Assembly: GCA_000004985.1 (NCBI GenBank)
Contig: GG739524.1
Direction: 5' to 3' (one strand)
From: Naegleria gruberi
Taxonomy: Eukaryota
Length of the DNA stretch: 1,158 bases
Under the pieces are notes generated by a model. That model searched no databases and had not been told where the DNA came from. It was given only the letters and a program-made list of their open reading frames with translations. The number at the start of each line of letters is the position of its first letter. Positions within the stretch are counted from its first letter, which is position 1. This document shows positions 1-1,158 of the stretch, in pieces. Made by a program: the position numbers and the translations under genes.

Positions 1-2
1 TT

Positions 3-236
3 GTGCCAACCTTGATGTTCATGTTTACTGGAATGTGTTTATTATTGGATCCAGTGTCAATTTCCTTTGAGGATTTGTATACTGGATCGTGTCAGAGAGG
101 TGAAACTAATGTGGATATTAATGCTGCTGCCATTGCTTTGGATTGTCTTGCATTCGTTTCATTGTTTTGTTTTGTTTTTATTTATGGATTTGAGTTTGTG
201 AATGGAGCACAAGAAAAAACTAATCTTTCCCAATAG
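3..236 (+). CDS. 3'-terminal portion of a protein-coding exon, 5'-truncated at the window edge, encoding the C-terminal ~77 aa of a probable membrane protein. Residues ~39-63 (INAAAIALDCLAFVSLFCFVFIYGF) form a predicted transmembrane helix, followed by the short polar tail EFVNGAQEKTNLSQ. The N-terminal part (LMFMFTGMCLLL) is also hydrophobic, which suggests a multi-pass protein.
   Basis: Frame 3 is open from the window start to TAG at 234-236. The 'M' at position 3 in the ORF track is a GTG and is just the window edge, not a start. The segment gct gct gcc att gct ttg gat tgt ctt gca shows codon-like 3-nt periodicity. Four of five Gly codons are GGA, with AGA for Arg, CCA for Pro, CAA for Gln and GCT/ATT/GAT/TGT elsewhere, a combination typical of Caenorhabditis coding sequence. 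Caveat: the stretch is T-rich, so stop codons are intrinsically rare in it, and a 78-codon open frame alone is not statistically compelling. I cannot assign a family from memory. Confidence 0.45.
   Translation: MPTLMFMFTGMCLLLDPVSISFEDLYTGSCQRGETNVDINAAAIALDCLAFVSLFCFVFIYGFEFVNGAQEKTNLSQ
162..179 (+). repeat. Short pentanucleotide microsatellite, (TTGTT)3 followed by TTT, embedded in the CDS where it encodes ...LFCFVF...
   Basis: Direct reading: ttgtt ttgtt ttgtt ttt at 162-179. Confidence 0.7.
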
Positions 237-265
237 ATGGAAGATTTCAGATAGATTGAAATGTA

Positions 266-271
266 AATAAA
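266..271 (+). promoter_or_regulatory. Candidate polyadenylation signal (AATAAA) for the upstream CDS. It lies 30 nt after the TAG stop, which would give a short 3'UTR with cleavage expected around 285-295.
   Basis: Exact AATAAA hexamer at 266-271, immediately downstream of the stop codon of the only convincing ORF. A short 3'UTR is compatible with nematode genes. AATAAA is common by chance in AT-rich DNA, so only the positional context supports this call. Confidence 0.35.
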
Positions 272-315
272 TCGACGCATGTTTCTTCTGGAATCGATTA
301 TTTTTATTGGAAACT

Positions 316-335
316 AAAAAAATAATTAAAAAAAA
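316..335 (+). repeat. A-rich homopolymer tract, A7 + TAATT + A8.
   Basis: aaaaaaa taatt aaaaaaaa read directly at 316-335. Low-complexity A-run downstream of the putative poly(A) site. Confidence 0.6.
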
Positions 336-535
336 TGGAAAGCTTTCAATGGGTCAGTAATAATACACAATATTAATTTCTCATCATTGTCACAGTCCGA
401 TAAAAATTATATTCTCGACCAAATTAAATGGAATGATTGTTCGTGTTTGGAGAAAGTAAACGAAACTTTAAAGAAAGACCGAGAATTTGTTTTGGAAACT
501 ATTAAAAAACAGCTGTCAAAGAGATGGTACTAAGT

Positions 536-566
536 GACGGTGAAACGGGGGACGGATGAGACGGAG
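536..566 (+). repeat. Imperfect tandem duplication of a ~15-16 bp unit, GACGG(A)TGARACGGRG x2.
   Basis: Unit A is GACGGTGAAACGGGG at 536-550. Unit B is GACGGATGAGACGGAG at 551-566. After the shared GACGG, 8 of 10 aligned positions match, with one 1-nt indel. Each unit contains two ACGG cores. Confidence 0.55.
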
Positions 567-623
567 AACACTCAGTTTCTTACTACAGACGGGAGAAGAG
601 CATCCGCTTAATACTGTTGACGG
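536..623 (+). other. GC-richer island in an AT-rich background carrying six ACGG cores, five of them as GACGG, all in the same orientation. Function unknown; possibly a cluster of direct-repeat protein-binding sites or a decayed repeat.
   Basis: ACGG at 537-540, 545-548, 552-555, 561-564, 589-592 and 620-623. GACGG at 536, 551, 560, 588 and 619. At this base composition roughly 0.2 ACGG occurrences would be expected in 90 bp by chance. No complementary CCGTC lies nearby, so this is not a hairpin. Confidence 0.3.
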
Positions 624-681
624 TAAACCAAAATGGAAAATGCACAACCTTAGTAACACCGATAAATTGAATGATACATTT

Positions 682-687
682 AATAAA
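682..687 (+). promoter_or_regulatory. Second AATAAA hexamer. It would be a polyadenylation signal only if the 330/396-533 open stretch were a real terminal exon; otherwise it is a chance occurrence.
   Basis: Exact AATAAA at 682-687, about 150 nt downstream of the TAA at 531-533. Confidence 0.15.
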
Positions 688-907
688 ATTGAATTTTCCT
701 ATTATATTAAATAGATTCTCTTGTGTTGTTTGGCTTGAATTGTTGGAACGAAAACCAAGCAAGGTATTACGAGAGTTTGGTTGATTTTTTGAAGCAAGGT
801 TTGTTTGTTAAGTTAAGAATATGTGAAAAAATATTTCAACATCTAGTACGGGATGTACTTTGATGATTCTTCGAGTGGTTTCACATCCGTAAGCTGCCAA
901 ACTTTCA

Positions 908-917
908 CATCATCATC
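908..917 (+). repeat. (CAT)3C trinucleotide run. It is part of a dispersed ATCATC/GATGAT motif family spanning 861-1147.
   Basis: catcatcatc at 908-917. Further ATCATC copies at 923-928, 1023-1028 and 1139-1147, and TCATCAT at 1046-1052. The complementary orientation TGATGA/GATGAT occurs at 861-866 and 1082-1087. Confidence 0.6.
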
Positions 918-930
918 TCAACATCATCTA

Positions 931-951
931 AATAGTAGTAATAGTAGTAAT
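931..951 (+). repeat. 9-bp tandem repeat AAT(AGTAGTAAT)2.
   Basis: aat agtagtaat agtagtaat read directly at 931-951. The same string can also be read as an (AGT)/(AAT) trinucleotide mixture. Confidence 0.7.
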
Positions 952-1158
952 TTTTATTATTGGACTTTCATCATAAAATAGTAAATCAATTTTTGGATTA
1001 TAATTTTTCAAGTTGGTAAACCATCATCGGAACACTCACCAACCGTCATCATAGATATATTTAATATAGTAGAATAGTATGGATGATTTCTATGTCTTGG
1101 AAATATCTTTATTTTGGTGAAACTCAACATTTTACTAAATCATCATCACTGTTGAATC

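Noticed and set aside
3-5. ORF track begins the 77-aa protein with M at a GTG codon.
   Set aside because: This is an artefact of alternative-start translation at the window edge. The frame is simply open from the first base, the codon encodes Val, and the real start must lie upstream of the window or in an upstream exon.
269-299. Inverted repeat aatcga...(18 nt)...tcgatt that could look like a terminator hairpin.
   Set aside because: Only a 6-bp AT-rich stem with a long loop and no following T-run. ATCGAT is itself palindromic, and the context appears eukaryotic, where rho-independent terminators are not relevant.
285-533. Operon-style arrangement: an acceptor at 395 lies ~105 nt after the predicted cleavage site of the upstream gene, matching the typical ~100-nt nematode intercistronic spacing for SL2 trans-splicing.
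   Set aside because: The downstream open frame has no in-frame ATG between 396 and 533. Out-of-frame ATGs at 428 and 433 stop after 2 and 8 codons. So there is no translatable downstream cistron here.
671-784. 37-codon ATG-initiated ORF (MIHLIKLNFPIILNRFSCVVWLELLERKPSKVLREFG) on the + strand.
   Set aside because: Too short and AT-driven. It overlaps the AATAAA at 682-687 and has no supporting splice or promoter context, so it is consistent with a chance ORF.
876-883. TGGTTTCA, and TCGTTTCA at 155-162, resemble the C. elegans 21U-RNA (piRNA) upstream core motif CTGTTTCA.
   Set aside because: Neither matches the CTG core. There is no convincing YRNT start with an AT-rich spacer at the expected ~40 nt downstream, and a single degenerate 8-mer in AT-rich DNA is expected by chance.
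868-981. 37-codon + strand open frame through the CAT/AGT repeats (…TSSSQHHLNSSNSSNFYYWTFIIK).
   Set aside because: Low-complexity translation of trinucleotide repeats, with no ATG. Not credible as coding.
622-1024. 9-mer GGTAAACCA occurs twice (622-630 and 1016-1024). AAGCAAGGT also occurs twice (758-766 and 792-800).
   Set aside because: At this length and base composition roughly one to a few exact 9-mer repeats are expected by chance. No extended flanking similarity.
1-1158. Searched for CRISPR-like regular repeat/spacer arrays, tRNA-like GTTCGA/TΨC-arm motifs, and long terminal inverted repeats of a transposon or MITE.
   Set aside because: None found. Repeats are short, irregularly spaced and of microsatellite type, and the only inverted repeats are 5-7 bp stems.

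Overview
This 1158-bp window is AT-rich and reads like eukaryotic genomic DNA, most plausibly nematode (Caenorhabditis-like). That attribution is an inference from three observations: TTTCAG-type acceptor motifs, AATAAA signals, and a codon preference for GGA/AGA/CCA/CAA/GCT/ATT in the one convincing coding stretch. It does not look like a prokaryotic gene neighbourhood. Positions 237-1158 carry no ORF long enough to appear in the six-frame track. I see no tRNA, rRNA, CRISPR, IS/transposon termini, or sigma70/RBS architecture. The only well-supported feature is the 3' end of a coding exon on the + strand (3..236). It is truncated at the window edge and ends in a predicted transmembrane helix plus a short hydrophilic tail. 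A candidate polyadenylation signal lies 30 nt downstream. The remaining ~900 bp look like 3'UTR and intergenic or intronic DNA. Within that stretch I noted a GC-richer island (536-623) containing six ACGG/GACGG motifs and an imperfect 15-16 bp tandem duplication. There is also a frame-matched ATG-less open stretch at 330-533, and a possible minus-strand first exon at 1130..1040 with an AAAATG start context and a G|GTGAGT donor. The distal third carries dispersed ATCATC/GATGAT motifs, a (CAT)3 run and a 9-bp tandem repeat. I see no evidence for a novel defence or mobile system. The findings are modest and mostly need a database search or RNA-seq evidence to resolve.
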